Numbered from the stretch's first letter, positions 39,723-54,940 are shown. The stretch: DNA of 64,000 bases from Eledone cirrhosa (GCA_964016885.1 OZ024747.1:14198001-14262000), one strand, 5' to 3'. Program-made: numbers and translations. The notes: generated by a model not told the origin, from the sequence alone.

Positions 39723-40893
39723 TTCAACCATTGTTTATCGAGGACTACATTATGCAATGTGTTTCTAGCCTTTTTTCCTCAATATAGTAAGATGTTATTT
39801 AAGAAGCGAGGAATATGGCTGCTATTTCTAATAGAACACGTGACTACATCAAGATTCATAGTTGGCTATGGGCTGGCACTATATGTTGTCGAACGCGAAA
39901 GAAAGAAAGACAAAGTTGACTTCGGCAGGATTAGAATTACGAACGTCAATAACAGAACGAATGACGACTGTGTAATCTGGTCGGTTGAGATTACAAGTAA
40001 TTGATGCTAATCATTGTAGTGTATGATGATGATGATGATAGTTGGCTTAGCTGTAGGACAGTTCACATAGAGTAGACATGTTTAAAAGCAATCTAAATAC
40101 GACCATCCCTTATTTTGTCCCTATATACAGAAAACTCACAGCCACATTTTCCAATGTGTACTGATCTGGTGAGATTTGAAAGAATTTTGCTGTTACATTT
40201 AGTAGAATCTTCCTTGCCAGCTCTTCATGACTGGTGATGTTGGTGATGGAGATGTTAGTGGTAGTGATGGTAGTGTTGATGTGCCTGTAGTTATACAATA
40301 GGTGATAGTGGTGACAGTGTTGATATATTTATGTGTGGTGGTCGTAAGGGCTATTAAGGAAGTGGAGAGCTATTGGTGGTCTTAGTAGGTGACAAACTGC
40401 TTGTATCTACCAAAGCTGTTGCTTTAACTTGCTCCGTATGTCTCATCTTCTCTCCATGTAAAATAGGTTTCTTGTAAATAGCAATAATTATTTAAATTGG
40501 GCGTTATTCGTTATTATGGTTTAACTTTGATCGAACAGACTTATAATCAAGGGAATTACCCTCGTGAGTAACCGTTTTATTCCTATGTGTATGTAACTCA
40601 GGATTACATAGGCAACAGGTAATACTTTTGAGACGGTAAGTTGTGATTTGAAAAGTATTCGGTGGTTATTTCTAGCGAGTTTATGAACACTTTAGAAGCT
40701 TTTCCTCTATGGTGGTGACTGGCGACGGGAGTGGTGGAAATGACCGTGATAAGATGTGGGTGTAGTGGTGGTGGTCTTTTGTGGAGGGACTATGCGGGAC
40801 GTGAATGGATGTGCGGAAGTGGCAGGCGTGGATGAAGGTGCATGTACTTTAGTAGTGTGCAAGTGCTTGTATGTCTGTATATATATATATCTA

Positions 40894-40947
<54 letters not shown>

Positions 40948-41606
40948 TATATATACCACATATATATGCATATATATATATATATGTGTGTGTGTGAGTG
41001 TGTATATGTATCTCTGTATGTGTGTATATATGTGTGCGCACATGTGGTGTGGTGTTAAACACAATGAGAAAGAAAGAAAATGTCTGTGAATGACCGAAGC
41101 ATAAAAGAGAAGAATAGAAACCTTTAAACCTCATCTAATCCCCTTCCCACCCGACAACTTTCCTCTCTCAATTTTTAACAATTCAAATTGTTATTCAGCC
41201 TTTTTTAGCTTTCCTTTTAAAACTTTTATTTTGCATTTCATTTTAACCTTACACAACATTTCTGTCAATAATAATAATGATGATCATGTTGATAATAATA
41301 ATAATGATAACCATTATTATTATTATTATGGCGGTGTATGTGTCTGTAAATTAAAGGTGGAAAACTGGGAGAGGGCACTTGCCCTGGTGGCCAGGGCCAC
41401 TGTGGTCTTTTAATGGGCTTTCTCCACAAATGTCCCTCGGAAGTCTCCCCCCTATTGGGGAATTTTTCTTTGTTATTTTATTTCATCCTCTGTTTTTTTT
41501 TTACACGCAGAAATGCCCATTTGTACCGTCCTGTATTGTCCTGTACTGTCCTTAATGTCTACTTTATGTAAACCCTTGTGGTTAATAAAGAAAACATTAT
41601 TATTAT

Positions 41607-41748
41607 GGCGGTGGATTGGCAGTATCGGTAGAGGGTCGGACGCCATAGAGTTACGACCCTTGCCATTCTGAGTTCAAATCCCGCCGAGGTTAACTTTGCC
41701 TTTCATCCTTACTGGGTAATTGCTGGCCTTGTGCCAAAAGTAGAAACA

Positions 41749-41755
<7 letters not shown>
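41607..41755 (+). mobile_element. Internally deleted SINE
   Basis: Consensus match with two deletions. Confidence 0.85.
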
Positions 41756-41786
<31 letters not shown>

Positions 41787-42329
41787 GCAGATTTTCTCGT
41801 ACATGATAGTCTCATTGTCGTAGTCGTGACTAAAATTAACTACTCATCATCATCATGGAAGTGGTTATCGTTTTTATCATCACTATTATTACCTTCACCG
41901 TCAAAACTATATTTTCTCCACTTCCTTCTTCTCCTCCTTGGTGTGATTTGAAATCAAAATGCAAAGAGCCAGAAGAAATATTACAATGGCATTTTAAACG
42001 ATGCTCACCCAATTCTGCGAATCCATCACCTTTTATAGTTTCTAATTTAGACACAAGGCCAACAAATCTGAGGGCAGGTGTAAAACAATTATAACAAACC
42101 CAATATCGACATCGGAAGGATAAAAGTTAAATTTGACCTCGGCTTTTAAACCGCAGAGTATTTTGTCCAAAGTTCTACCAATACCGTCAATTTGCCACCC
42201 TATGTATTGATGGTAATATTAGTTTTGATATATAGTAAACCAAAGAAACAAGTACGACCCTTTGTTCCTGATATGTCATGCCTTCATCTAATTGAAGAAT
42301 CCCGCATGAAATGATGTATCTCCAACCAG

Positions 42330-42940
42330 CAAATTGCCCAAATTACAGATTTTGTATATCTCGGTCACAAACTATCATCAAACAACAGTGGATTAGTTGC
42401 TGCGCAATATCGAATCGCTCTAGGTTAGGCAGCTTTCAACAAGAACAAGGAAGTACTAACATCAAAACGAGTTTGAAGGCTAAGATCTTTGATACTTACA
42501 TCCTACCAGTTGTGTTATATGGTCTTGACTGTGTTAATTGGACGACAAGGTCACTTCAGAAGCTCTCTACATTCCAGAACCACATCATGAGACTTATGAC
42601 TGGCAAGCAGCTCAGCGACCGTATCTGTATCAGTGAGCTGCTCAACGTTACCAAACTTACACCAATTACATCAATTTTCAGGTCAAGAGCACTCAAACTA
42701 TACGGCCATATAAAAAGATCAACTCGTGGTGTGAGTAGGTTATGCCTGGACGGGAGGTTGGCTGGTAAGAGAAACAGAGGCCGGCAGCCAAAACGATGAC
42801 TGACAATGTCAACTTATGGACTGGACTTGATCTTTGTTCTTTGAACTCTGCTGCTGGTGATCGAACTTTGTGGAGAGAGATATAATATTTAATGCGCAGT
42901 CTGCAACTGGCGGAGTTTAGCGCCACAAGAAGAATGTGAT
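42330..42940 (+). mobile_element. RTE-clade LINE 3' fragment
   Basis: FVYLG...; LKAKIFDTYILPVVLYG...W...; LKLYGHIKR...GKRNRGRQPKR. Confidence 0.85.
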
Positions 42941-43454
42941 CCAGTGTTATAGTTTGGGCGCGCTCCATGATCCTGTCTATTTCTTTACAGCTGAAGATAC
43001 TGATGGTGGCTACAACAAAGCGAAACAAGGTGGACTTGACTATGTATATATCTGTATACCTGTAAATGCATGGTAAAAGTAATAGATAGCGAATATGCCA
43101 ATGTGTAAATTATTTTACATGGCAAGTATTCTTCTTCTCATAGCCGCTTGACAGTAAGTATCGAAGCTGGTAGTCTCGAATCACACTCTGAATCTCCACC
43201 TACTGAAGCTTTTTCTTCAGTATTTCTTGGCTCTACAAACTTGTAAATTGCACGAGATTGCCATTAATATTTTTGAATAGATTTCGCTTCAATATTCATT
43301 CTTGATTTGTTGTCTAGATTTTGAATAATTAAGAATATTGGCGACTCATATTTTGGCACTGAACTAGGAAGTGTGAAACTTGAAGCTATGAGTATGGTTG
43401 TATTTTCAGTATCTTTTCACATCGTTTTATTTTGTGACAATCTAGGACCATGGA

Positions 43455-43740
43455 TGGCCAGTATCGGTAGAGCATCAGACAACATGCATTGCAGCATATA
43501 GTTACGTCCTTTTAATCTCGTCTATTTTCTAACAACTACTTTATCCAGTTTATTCAACGAGTGTTATAGGTAAGGTTTTATAAGATTAGTAGGATATATG
43601 AACGAATATAAAGAGTTCAAACCTCACTGAGGTTAGCTTTGCCTTTTATTGTTAAGGAGTAGATAAAATATAGCACCAAGCACTGAGGTCAATTTAATCG
43701 GCTTTTCCCTTTGGCCTTGTGCCTAGATCAGAAACCATTA
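43455..43740 (+). mobile_element. Old SINE carrying a ~95-bp foreign insert
   Basis: SINE head at 43455-43513 and B box onward from 43612. Confidence 0.75.
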
Positions 43741-43899
43741 TTTTGTGACAATGTAAGGATATTATGAAGTTTAAGTTCCTTCTATGTCGTGTCTAGCTAA
43801 ACTCTGTTGCGCACTAGGTTTGCATAATTGAGAATAGGCCAACTATTACAGGTTGCTCTAATTATTTAGCCTATTTTTACTTGCTGTATACGACATGAG

Positions 43900-44400
43900 A
43901 TTGTAGTTTCCCTGTTAAGCGTGGCGCGATAGTTTTTAGGATGTGGCGAAAAATGAATATTCTGTGGAATCTGACTTTTGGGTTGTTGATTTAGAAATAG
44001 TATATGGTCAGAAACCTGTACTTAGGGATAATGAGAGTCACATATCTAGCATTATTTGTTTTCGACTGTCATGCGTGCCACCGATATACGGAATACATGA
44101 TATACGTATCTTATGAAGTCTCTTTGTTGTTACACTGTCCATCCGACCATATCTGAATGTAATAAGTAATAGCAGTTGTCCTGTGTTGTAGTTGTAAAAC
44201 ACGATATGAATGTCGTGTTGGCTGATTGCGTTTTTCTGGCCCCATAATGATGTTCTTTACATTGTTATTGTGGTATTGTAATATTTCTAAATAATTGCTT
44301 TATGATTACAAGGTTTATTTTTGTGTGTGAAGTGCTGGTATATTTCAAGCAATAATATGTATGTAGCTTTGATGCTGCGAAAAGAGATAACAACGGTGGT
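43900..44400 (-). mobile_element. Possible ancient LINE APE-endonuclease remnant
   Basis: Minus-strand NIIMG.. (~44240-44260) followed by LD.. and VSDHIL (~44000-44015). Confidence 0.35.
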
Positions 44401-45621
44401 AGCTGCTATGTCGTTGCTGAAGCTGTTATTGCTGCTAATGCGGTTCTTATTATTTCCATTGCTCATGTTGTTTTAATGTCGTGTAATGCACGTGGAGACT
44501 TTGTAAATGGCTCTGTTTGGTTGATTGCATTTGTGTAAATATTTTGGAAAATATAAAGCATTTTATTTTATACTGAGATTTGTTCTTGACTCAGGCGCTT
44601 GTGCAAAATATGTTTTTTCTGTATGTCAAATTCATATTGTTCGACTGGTTTTCAAGCCACAACAATCTCGTCTATTTTCCGACTTTATCCAGTTTATTTA
44701 ACGAGTGTTATAGGTAAGGTTTGACAAGATTAGTAGGATATATGAACGAATATAAGGATATGGAGTCGAATGTTTATCTAATATCGATGGTAGTTAGAAT
44801 GGTACATGTGGGTTGTTTTCTTGCAGGAACAGTCACAGACCTTCCATTTAAGCTTCGTAAGAAAAGCAATGATTGGGTGGAACCGTCGGGGTCCATGTTA
44901 AGATTTAGAAAGAGTTAGTGTTAACGAGGGTACTATTTAAGAAAAGTTAAATGTGCATCAAAAAGTAAAGAATTTGTAAGATCCTATTTTACTTAGATTT
45001 TTGTTGGGTGCTAAGATTGAGCCAATTTCACTCTCACTCGGGATTTTAGTAGTTATGGTAATATTGAGTGTTGCTATTAGTGTATGAAGTTGAATAAACA
45101 AGTGTTGTAGTACATATATTTTTGGAAACAGATTTACAAACATATTTAAACATATAGAGAAATGGAAAGGTGCAAGTATATACACATATATTTGTTACCA
45201 TATTTAAGTTACAAAAAACCACCTACATGTACATAGATAGGGAATTCACCGTCTTTAAAAATAAATGGGCATCCGTCGGTTTCGGCGTTGCGTTTTCCAA
45301 TTTGTTACCAGAACAGCGTGGTCGTTACGTTAAAATGTAAGTGACTGACAAAATTGGTCATTTACGTCCTCCGACGGGCTTGCACACAGATTGAAATATT
45401 CCACTAAGAAATACAAAAATACATCCAGACATACACACATATACACACAGACACATACATACATATACACACAGACACATACAAACGTACTCCTATCACG
45501 TACATAGGGATACAGATAAATACACAAAAGCATGATCATACTGTTATATACACGCAAGAACATTCACATCCGTAAACATACACAGATGTAAACAAATCTA
45601 CTATGAAATACGAAAATACCA

Positions 45622-45719
<98 letters not shown>

Positions 45720-45843
45720 ACTGCAAACTGACATTCAGTGACACAGCCCCACACGCATCACATATACATACACATGCATTCCTAGACGCATGCATATAAC
45801 TATCTATCGTTCTTTGATATAAATAAATCCTCCATATTCACAA

Positions 45844-45875
<32 letters not shown>

Positions 45876-46563
45876 AAACGAAACCAGTCCATATACTACT
45901 TTCAATAGAAACATATACACAGATCCATATATACAAACACACGTAGAGATCCACATACAATCACATACGTCACGAAAAGTAACGGTTACACTATCCGCTC
46001 ATGCATTCAAACACGTAAATCTACACATACATTAAAAGACATAAACATGAGCATACATAACATAATTTATTCATACACGGAATTTTAAATAATACTTATT
46101 ATGTCCTTTTTTTTATACCTTATTTTAATTGAGACAGTTCGTTTTACAGATGAAGAAAATGCCATAAAAGGCAGCCGTCGGCTATTTTTCTCGTTGAAAT
46201 GAAAATGGAAGTAAAATAAAAAATGGCGTTAAAAAGTTAAGAGATTTGATGCTGAAAATCTCCATGTTGTAAAAATCTCTTACTGTTAAACGAAATGGCT
46301 TATTTCATACAATAAAACAATTGACGTTAGCTTTTCGTTCGGCAAATTTCATGAGAAATAGCATTCTGATAATTTTATGGAAAATATGGAAGAGAACATG
46401 CAACCATATTTTGATTCTCCTTCCATTTTTTTTTCTTCATACCTTTCTAAAGTTTATTATGTTTAATTTGTTTGTCATTTTTAGAGGTCTTTCTTCTCAT
46501 ACTTTCTTTCAATTTGGTTTTCATCTTCATGTATTATTATTATTATCATTATTATTATTATTA

Positions 46564-46621
<58 letters not shown>

Positions 46622-46646
46622 CATCATTGTTATTGTTAAAATCATC

Positions 46647-46711
<65 letters not shown>

Positions 46712-47088
46712 TATCGTTATTATTCATTTTTAAAGATTTGAAGAAAAAACAAAATAATAAAAGAAAAGAAAAAACAAAATATAACATATATATATATATT
46801 TTTTTGAAGGATTAGAAAATAATAGTGTTGTGTTGAAAACTAACGCTAAAGGCTTCTTAGTGGTTGCTTAATTGAGAAGAAAGAGTAATGTTGAAGATCA
46901 CTCAGTTAATGTTTTGTTGTCGTCACGAACATATAAACGAAAAATGTCTTCCTTATTAATTAACTCTTAATCATGAAAATAAAAGCTTCTTCACCAACCT
47001 ACACAAATACTCACACACATATACATACATATACATACATAAATATACATAAATATACACATAGATGCGTACATATACATACATACAG

Positions 47089-47219
<131 letters not shown>

Positions 47220-47298
47220 CATACATTAATTCAAACATACATATTCATAAATATATGTACGTTGAGATATACATGATCATTCACTGAAAGACTTATAG

Positions 47299-47343
<45 letters not shown>

Positions 47344-47382
47344 GAAATACTGTTGGCTTCTTGCTTACATTAATTTCTATAT

Positions 47383-47463
<81 letters not shown>

Positions 47464-47901
47464 TATCAACCTGTATATATTTAAAACCAATGTGATATAT
47501 TAGCATATATACAGATATACAGATACCTAATATGATTTGTAGACTTACAAGCATAAAAAAGATGCCCGGGTATATATTGACATAACAGAGTTGGAAAACG
47601 TTCATTGGTAACCCCTTTAGTAGCTCAAATAAACCACTATCAATATACCCACAGATACACATATAAAACAAGAGTTGGGGTTGTCTAAAAGAACGATTAA
47701 TAGTAAGATATAGTTCACCGTATTGGCAGGGAGTAAAATATTCTGCGTCCAGAAATCCAGCTGGTGACCCTTTTTTATCGCGTTCACTTTCGCAAATGCA
47801 ATGATTCAAAGATTGACCCAATTATAACCTATGGTTCACAGATTGTGATATAACATACACAAATAAATGCAAATCTGTATGTGTATAAATTTATATGTAT
47901 G

Positions 47902-47939
<38 letters not shown>

Positions 47940-47940
47940 C

Positions 47941-48029
<89 letters not shown>

Positions 48030-48053
48030 AAGATACAATATATATACATAAAG

Positions 48054-48088
<35 letters not shown>

Positions 48089-48761
48089 TAGATAGATAGA
48101 TAGATAGATAGAGAGAGAGAGCGAGAGGGATAGAAATGAACGATAATTAGAAAGCTATACCGGTTAATAATTTTTCTAACATTGACAGCACATTTGGAGG
48201 AAGAGGCATCTCAATTATGTTGTCCTCAGTACTTAACTGGTACTTTATTTCATTGACCCCGAAATGATGAAATGCAAAGTTGATCTCGACAGGATTTGAA
48301 CTCAGAACATAGACATCCGGAATTTTATCTAAGAACTTCGTCAGACGTTCTAACACCGCCAATACATCGCACTATGTGAACAAAAAATTGAGAGAGAAAA
48401 GAGAAAACGGAAATTAGGATGAAAAATGATGTAGAAAAATCTCGAAATATAAAGAATCGTATGCGTAAGAGAAATATCGAAAGATTATTAAAGGTGGTTT
48501 ATAAATATATTCAATAAATGAACATTTGTGGAATAACATTTAAATGTGAGTGGGATATAATCTCTATGTATGTTGTTAGGTTAAGCTAATTACATACCAG
48601 GAAACACTGCTTTTAACCAGTATCTTCAACATATTTATTATCAGATAACACGTGAGAGTTAAATGAAAAGATTAACCGGGTAGTCAAGGGTTTTGGTGTC
48701 CGATATGTTGTCAAATTTAAAACGGAATATGTTTATATTTAAAAAATTCAAATAGAATTTA

Positions 48762-48951
48762 ATAATTGCTTCTATTTTTGTCACAAGGCCAGCAATTACT
48801 CCAGTCCATTACTGGTACTTTTTATCGACTCCGTAAGGATGAAAGGCAAAATTAACCTCGGCGGGATTTGAACTAAGACAGTAAAAGGGCGTAACTCTAT
48901 GATGCAAAGCATGGCGTCCGACCCTCTACCGATACTGTCAATCCGCCACCC
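48762..48951 (-). mobile_element. SINE
   Basis: Consensus match. Confidence 0.9.
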
Positions 48952-49970
48952 AGTTCCGGTTAGGTGAAAGTCAACTTTAGATATTTTAAGTCGTGTTATA
49001 TTTTAAGTTTTATTAGGTTGGGTTGTATTTATGGACCTGTAACTCTTTATGGGGTCGAAGGGGCGCCGTCGTGGGCAATTTAAAATCTTTTCCAGGTCTG
49101 AACAAAACCGATTTCAAACTAAGAAGGAAAGAGATAAAGGGAGGGAAATATAGAGGAAGAGTCAACGGCAGTACTAGGAAAGAATTTATTTTTCACCCTT
49201 GACAGATTTTAACTCAGAGAGTACAGAGCCGAAACGAGTAACACAAAACATCCAATCCGACACTCTATTGACTCTACTAATTGCCCATAGGTTAAGTTTT
49301 ACAGTCGTAAATTAGCATGCGAGATCATACATAATTATGTTGTCTGCCAGAGCGTTAAATTAGTTATTTTGAAGGAAATGAATCTGTTATAAATATCAAA
49401 GTGCACAGAAGAAGGAAAATATAAAAACATAATAACACAAAAATTACACAATACTTAATTCTAAAATCTTCCTTATACTGACATATGTCATAGCTCTTTC
49501 TCTCTTGTGGGTGGTTTGGTTTTGTACTCGGCTGACCTTCCAGTTTTAGTTGTAAGTCTCACTTTATATGTGTAAAAATAAGATGTGTAGGATGTTTTGA
49601 GGTAGTTGTTTCAAACTGTATAACTCAACCTTCAAATGCTGCAGTAGTGAAGCTTGTTTTTATATTTTCAGAATAGGTAAATCAAGTAGAGGTTCTGTGT
49701 AGAAGCGTGTGTAGTCGTTAGAGAGTCGGACGGGATGCTTTGCGGCATCTATTTTAGATTTGTATCTTCTGAGTTCAAATGCCATCTCTTGTCATCGGGA
49801 TAACTGTGACATGATTGGCTTGGGGACACTATCCTTAAAGCAACCCCCAAAAAACCTTCTATGATATGTCATCTCACAGAGAACTGAGGACATCTGCAGT
49901 GTGAGCTGTAACAACAACAGACGAACAACGTAGAACGTACAGTCACATTCACAGAAATACAGTGACAGAT

Positions 49971-50011
<41 letters not shown>

Positions 50012-50039
50012 CACGGACTGAAACCAATAAAAGAATAAA

Positions 50040-50134
<95 letters not shown>

Positions 50135-50151
50135 ATCTATCTATATATATA

Positions 50152-50198
<47 letters not shown>

Positions 50199-50240
50199 AA
50201 TTCTATATACCCGCATTTCCATTTCGTAAATTTTTTCTCC

Positions 50241-50359
<119 letters not shown>

Positions 50360-50559
50360 CAGAGAAAGAGAGGAGATGTGATGTGTTTATTCTCACTAAT
50401 ATTCTTACACTAGTATAAAATAAAGGCTATTCAATGTTGAGTCTGATTGTACCGAATTGAATTACCAGACCGTAAAGAAACCAATTTCGTTATCGAATGT
50501 CTCAGTTTATTCTACAAAACGATGTTTATGTTTGGTGAACTTACATAACGTCAAATTTC

Positions 50560-51245
50560 GGATACAGCCATGTTTACTAAAGTAACACCAACACACGAAA
50601 ATCTAGTTATGTGTTACCACGAAAAGAAAAGTTATGAAAAGTCACTAAAAATGATATTCATACCCAAAATAAAATTGGAAATGGTTTCGTGATGACTGTT
50701 TTATCTCATGGAGCGAAACGGTAGATAAACTAGAGGATGTTTGGAGTATTATAAGCATAAACACCAATATTCAATTGACAATGAAATTTAGTAAGAAAGA
50801 ACTCCTTTTGTTTAGGTATTTTGATAAAGATAATATATGGGCAGATTGAAACGGTGCTCTATTATAAACCCACGGATTCAAAACAATACTTACTATTCAC
50901 ATCCTGTCAGCCTAAACACACACGTCCATATATTCCTTTTATTTTGGCAAATTACATCGGAATAACTGGCAAAAAAAGGCACAAAAATATGGACAACCAT
51001 CCACCGACTACAAATCCGAAATAAATGAACGATTCCATTCAGTGGACATATAGAGTATATACGTTCAACAATCTGGCAGGAAGGTATACGTTGCTGACGA
51101 TAGCTAATAAGCTTGAAACTAGTACAGCGTTCCTTTGTCAGTGTTGAACAAACGAGCAACGATGGTTGCTGGACACTACGGCTTAATACGGGATGTTTGT
51201 TTACAAACACACCGAGCATTATAATAAATGTTCGGTGAATCCATA
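50560..51245 (+). mobile_element. Penelope-like element remnant: RT C-terminus followed by pLTR with hammerhead
   Basis: WKWFRDDCFISW (~50674-50710), INTNIQLTM and IETVLYYKPTDSKQYLLFTSCQPKHTRPYIPF are PLE RT motifs. Confidence 0.8.
51088..51130 (+). ncRNA. Type I minimal hammerhead ribozyme motif
   Basis: ACGTTG-CTGACGA-t AGCT aata AGCT t-GAAA-CTAG-TA-CAGCGT: 6-bp stem I, 4-bp stem II, palindromic stem III, GUA triplet. Confidence 0.82.
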
Positions 51246-51423
51246 CGTACATATATATATATATGTGTGCGTGTATGTATATATATATATATATACATAC
51301 TACTGTATGTCTGTATACATATATGTATGTACGTGTACATACTTATATTTAAGTAACAGCCGTACTAAGAGTGGGAAATGAAATTTCGTTTCATTTTTTC
51401 CGTTTATATATATATATATATAT

Positions 51424-51552
51424 AACAAATAAAGTGTGGTAAGGAACCAGGTGGGCCATAACGAACCAGAGTACTCGATACTTAGGTTAGTAGAGTGGGT
51501 AATAGGAAAAGAGTGAGGACCCCGACAGGACTGTTTGATTTGATACGTCTAC
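51424..51552 (-). mobile_element. Diverged non-palindromic member of the half-hammerhead family
   Basis: Shares the tail GTCGGGGTCC...CCTATTACCCACTCTACTA...CTTACCAC; stem III is ACAG-tc-CTGT-C. Confidence 0.7.
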
Positions 51553-51724
51553 TCTGTCTCTCTCTCTCTCTATATATATATAAACGCTTATGTGGACCTT
51601 TCAATATTCGTTGGTTTCCTGATTGGATTTTCACCTCGAAACTGGATACCAACACGGAGTACACCTGAACTTCCACCAGGAAATTTTTCGTATCTTTGAA
51701 ATTTTCTTTGCTTCTTGCATTTAA

Positions 51725-52039
51725 ATATTCCATGACACTCTACCACTTTTCCTCTACTACAATCTTCTTACACCATCTTCTTCTCACCCGTCTATTTTTC
51801 ACTCCCACCCTAGTACCTTCAATATGCCCAATCTCAAATCTTTTCTCCGCCAGCTCCATTCTATTTTTATCTAAAGACATTTTTTCCAATTCCATCCCGT
51901 CTTAATTTCTTTCCATCTTATTTTTCTTTCTTTCTTCCGATGAAGGACTAGCGCCCGAAACGTTAAGTCCCGCTTCCTGCTATATCAAGCGTTAACCTTC
52001 CATATACTGTAACGATTGTGTTGTTATTTCTGTTTACCG

Positions 52040-52042
<3 letters not shown>
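51725..52042 (+). mobile_element. Penelope-like 3' end/pLTR with variant hammerhead (CCGATGA core, 51934-51967), ending in (CA)n
   Basis: Homologous to 20787-21011. Confidence 0.7.
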
Positions 52043-52120
<78 letters not shown>

Positions 52121-52802
52121 TCATGCAAATTATGGTTTGTAAACTAGTAACTTGTAATTCATCCACTATGCGTTAATTTCTTAATAACGAACCCTCGTTG
52201 TACTATGTATATATATATATGTATGCATGTATATACATATGTATACATATATGTATATATATATATGTATGTATGTATGTATGTCGGGTCACTCTTGAGT
52301 GCTACTGGTAACATGTAACCCAGTACAAACTGTCGCAAGGTCGGGTCGTCGGCGACTAAATCGGCAACCCCACGAAGTTTACTTGATTTTGGACACCATG
52401 CAGGACAAAAATCAAAACCTGACAAAGGTCGGAAGAACTCATAAGGCCATCCAAAAGTGTGTAAATATGTATATACACATGTACATATGTATGTATATGT
52501 ATATATATACATGGGTGCATGTGTATGTATATGCGCATGGACATAGAAATAGTCGGGCTGGACACCCGATCGCGCGGTTAACCCACTGGGAGTGAAGGAC
52601 CCTAGCCTTTGTCAGGGCATTCTTCTAGGAGAAGGCAACTCAAGAAACTGGGATAACTTCGATATAAAACCTGCGGCTCAGTAGTTACCGATGATGTTGA
52701 TCTTTTCTTCTTTTCGAGTTATAGGTAGTCACTCAGAGAGTGGGATTGGTTCAGTGCACAGTCTTTCCTCACTTTAAAAAATAGAATCGATTAATAATTA
52801 TT

Positions 52803-52975
52803 AATAATTGTTTCTACTTTAGGCACAAGGCCAGCAATTACCCAGTATATTACTGGTACTTTATTTTATCGACCCCGTAAGGATGAAGGGCAAAGTTAAC
52901 CTCGGCGGCATTTGAACTCAGACTGTAAAGAGACGTAACTATGCTAGAAAGTATGGCGTCCAACCCTCTACCGAT
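52803..52975 (-). mobile_element. SINE
   Basis: Consensus match. Confidence 0.9.
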
Positions 52976-53445
52976 AATGGTATATCGTGCAATGGTCATA
53001 CTCGATAACGAGAGGGCAGCCATCATGTATGTATGCATATATTGATGTATGTAAGGATGTATTTATTTATACATGTATGTATGTATGTATGCATACACGC
53101 ATATATAGATATTGCAGATGTTTATAGCAACATTCGATAGGGTCATTATACCAATAACACCCTCTCCACGTTGGTGTTTCTTCTCATCATTTAGAATTGA
53201 TTATTTTCAAGTCTATTGTTTAACATTTCCAACCTTTTCTTCGCCTTTCTTCTTTACACAATGGCGGCGTTGAGTTTTATGTGTGTAAGTAGGTGTATAT
53301 ATCCCTGAGTATGTGTTACATATCGTGTTCATGTGTAGTGTACGTATTTGTGGTGCGGTGTGTGTATGTTGGTGTGCGCCTAAGTCTATATTACTGTATC
53401 AGGGTTCATATAATATATTGGTGTATTTGTTTTATTTTACTTTGT

Positions 53446-53508
<63 letters not shown>

Positions 53509-53535
53509 CATATATATATATATATAAATATATAC

Positions 53536-53586
<51 letters not shown>

Positions 53587-53605
53587 CATATATATATATA
53601 TATAT

Positions 53606-53715
<110 letters not shown>

Positions 53716-54085
53716 CGATGGTGGATGGGTGCTACACGAGAATGCTGAGGATGGCTCTGAACATTAATCAGTATACACTGAGGATGAAAAACTCAGAGCT
53801 GTATGGGAGCATCCCAAAAGTCAGCTCAAAAGTGACACAGAGGAGACTGAGGTTGGCTGGACATGCTCACCGACATCCAGAGTTGACATTGCACTCAGTG
53901 CTCCTTTGGAAGCCCCTACATGGACACACTAGAAGAGGAAGACCAATGTTAACGTATGTTGATGCCCTAAGGACAGACACTGGTCTGTTGGAGATGCAGA
54001 ACATGGCAGCGATAATGAGGGACAGAGACCGCTTGAGAGAACTCGTCCATGGATCTCGGGAATTTTACCCGCCTGAGATAGATAG
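53716..54085 (+). mobile_element. RTE-clade LINE 3' fragment within a TA tract
   Basis: [14 protein letters not shown]...[12 protein letters not shown]...LLWKP..G.TRRGRP..TYVD. Confidence 0.85.
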
Positions 54086-54091
54086 ATATAT

Positions 54092-54286
54092 AACGAAGTA
54101 AATGTGGTAAGGAACCAGATGGACCATAACGCACCAAAATACTCAATACTTAGGGTAGTAGAGTGGGTAATAAGTACAAGTAGGACGCCGACGGCAGAGC
54201 TCAAGCCGTTTCGACGGCTAATTCTGGACTAGTCCAGAATTAGCCGTAGAAACAGCTTGAGCTCAGCCGTCGGGGTCCTACTTGTT

Positions 54287-54291
<5 letters not shown>
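54092..54291 (-). mobile_element. Palindromic (TA)n-embedded element, copy C
   Basis: ~60-bp arms about GGACT|AGTCC (54230/54231); same family as copies A and B. Confidence 0.85.
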
Positions 54292-54350
<59 letters not shown>

Positions 54351-54831
54351 CCTTTTTCTATTGCTTTGTCAGTCAACTACGTAAATTTAATTTACGGTGG
54401 TGGTCGATTAAGTGGTTGTGGCTTTGGGTGTGTATCTGGGTACGAAACATCACTATCTTCTCTTTGTTATTGTACTTTATTGTATTTCTTTCACAGCATT
54501 GGGTGTGTACATATAGCTGTCTCTATTGTCGATCTGTCAATCTCTCTTAATGCTTACTATTTTATTGCGCATTGAAGTTGTATATATCGTTCATTTATAT
54601 TATACTATGATATATTACATCATAGGGTGATATATATCTATTTGTCTGTCTATGTGTTTTTCTATCCATTTATCTATCTATCCATCTATTTCTGTCTTTC
54701 TCTCCTTCTCTTTCTCTCGTATCTATATATATATATATTTACCTATATATATATATGTGTGTGTGTATGTATATATATATATATATATATATATACATAC
54801 ATACATACATATATATATGTATATATATATA

Positions 54832-54929
<98 letters not shown>

Positions 54930-54940
54930 CATATATACAT

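Noticed and set aside
42986-43046. CTGAAGA...GAAA-CAAG..CTTG
   Set aside because: Lacks the UH dinucleotide and convincing stems I and II.
47590-47770. Possible transposase HTH remnant (IKQELGLSKRTINS)
   Set aside because: A single short motif with stops nearby; cannot be supported without a profile search.
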